A DNA stretch of 14,943 nt from Promethearchaeia archaeon (GTDB lineage Archaea; Asgardarchaeota; Lokiarchaeia; Sigyniarchaeales; SOKP01): assembly GCA_046497275.1 (NCBI GenBank), contig JAWOFX010000020.1, forward strand, positions 1 to 14,943. Direction: 5' to 3'. A program made the translations under genes and the position numbers. Shown piece by piece: positions 14,243-14,943 of this stretch (its first letter is position 1; each line of letters begins with the position of its first letter). A model generated the notes under the pieces. The model saw only the letters and a program-made list of their open reading frames with translations, made no database searches and was not told where the DNA came from.

Positions 14243-14943
14243 TTATTCTCGCGCTTCTTTTCTAAGGACTTTTTTATCGATTTTACCTACAGCAGTTAAA
14301 GGAATTTCTTTCGTGATCTCAATCAGTTTAGGAACTTCATAAGGAGCACATTTTTCCTTAGCATAGGAGATTATCTCTTCCTTCAATTCCTCTGGATCTT
14401 TATCGATATATTGAGGACTAGGTTGGACATAGGCTTTCACAATTTCAGAACCTGGTCTATCTGGGTTAGGAATACCCACAAGTGCCAACATATCAATTGC
14501 CGGGTGTTTAGAAAGTACGTCTTCAACCTTGCTCGAGAATACTTTATATCCTCCTACAATGATCATATCTTTAGTCCTATCCACAATTTTTATATATCCA
14601 TCTCCGTCCATAATTCCCACATCACCAGTATGCATATATCCATCCTTATCGATTGCTTTTTCTGTTTCTTCTGGTTTATTATAGTAACCTTTCATAACTA
14701 ATGGTCCCTTAATTAATATCTCACCTGGTTCACCAAGCGGAACGGGTTCTGAAGTTTCTGGATCAGCAATTTTACAATCTACATTTAAAAATGGCATACC
14801 AACCGTTCCTAACTTTTTATTACCTAATGATGGATTCATAGTCGATACGGGGGAGGTTTCTGTCATTCCGTATAGTTCCAACAACTTTCCTTTTCCAATA
14901 ATGCTTTCTAATTCCACTTGTGATTCTTTTGGAAAGGGGGACG
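14243..14943 (-). CDS. Long-chain fatty-acid/acyl-CoA ligase (ANL adenylate-forming family), C-terminal part; 5' end beyond the window
   Basis: ELYGMTETSP, GEILIKGPLVMKGYYN, HTGDVG, IVDRTKDMIIVGG, TAVGKIDKK. The frame is open to the window edge, so the GTG at 14917 is not the real start. Confidence 0.9.
   Translation of the reverse strand, partial: SPFPKESQVELESIIGKGKLLELYGMTETSPVSTMNPSLGNKKLGTVGMPFLNVDCKIADPETSEPVPLGEPGEILIKGPLVMKGYYNKPEETEKAIDKDGYMHTGDVGIMDGDGYIKIVDRTKDMIIVGGYKVFSSKVEDVLSKHPAIDMLALVGIPNPDRPGSEIVKAYVQPSPQYIDKDPEELKEEIISYAKEKCAPYEVPKLIEITKEIPLTAVGKIDKKVLRKEARE

Noticed and set aside
14411-14701. 96-aa plus-strand ORF
   Set aside because: Antisense inside the acyl-CoA ligase gene.

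Overview
AT-rich, archaeal-looking window (TATA-like boxes, oligo-T terminators). The gene content is reminiscent of Asgard/Lokiarchaeia, but that host assignment is an inference. It carries housekeeping and lipid/acyl-CoA genes: a TPR protein, an AmmeMemoRadiSam radical SAM enzyme, a membrane protein, an FAD glycerol-3-phosphate dehydrogenase, a YprB-like DEDDh nuclease, an acyl-CoA dehydrogenase, a thiolase-fold protein plus DUF35 partner, a BKACE/Kce enzyme and an edge-truncated acyl-CoA ligase. The standout feature sits between the divergent acyl-CoA dehydrogenase and thiolase genes: a solitary 878-aa TnpB-family RuvC protein, about twice the usual TnpB size. It has the IS607-type rearranged catalytic site (D435/E731/D781, intact), an N-terminal extension of ~143 aa and a helical insertion of ~150 aa between RuvC-I and RuvC-II. 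It is followed by a multi-stem region (10481-10624) that looks like an omega/reRNA scaffold, and candidate GG junctions (TGGT at 7639-7642 and 10627-10630) flank the unit. No transposase, cas gene or CRISPR array is visible. This is a candidate Cas12-sized, array-less RNA-guided nuclease; the RNA and the element ends are predictions made by eye.
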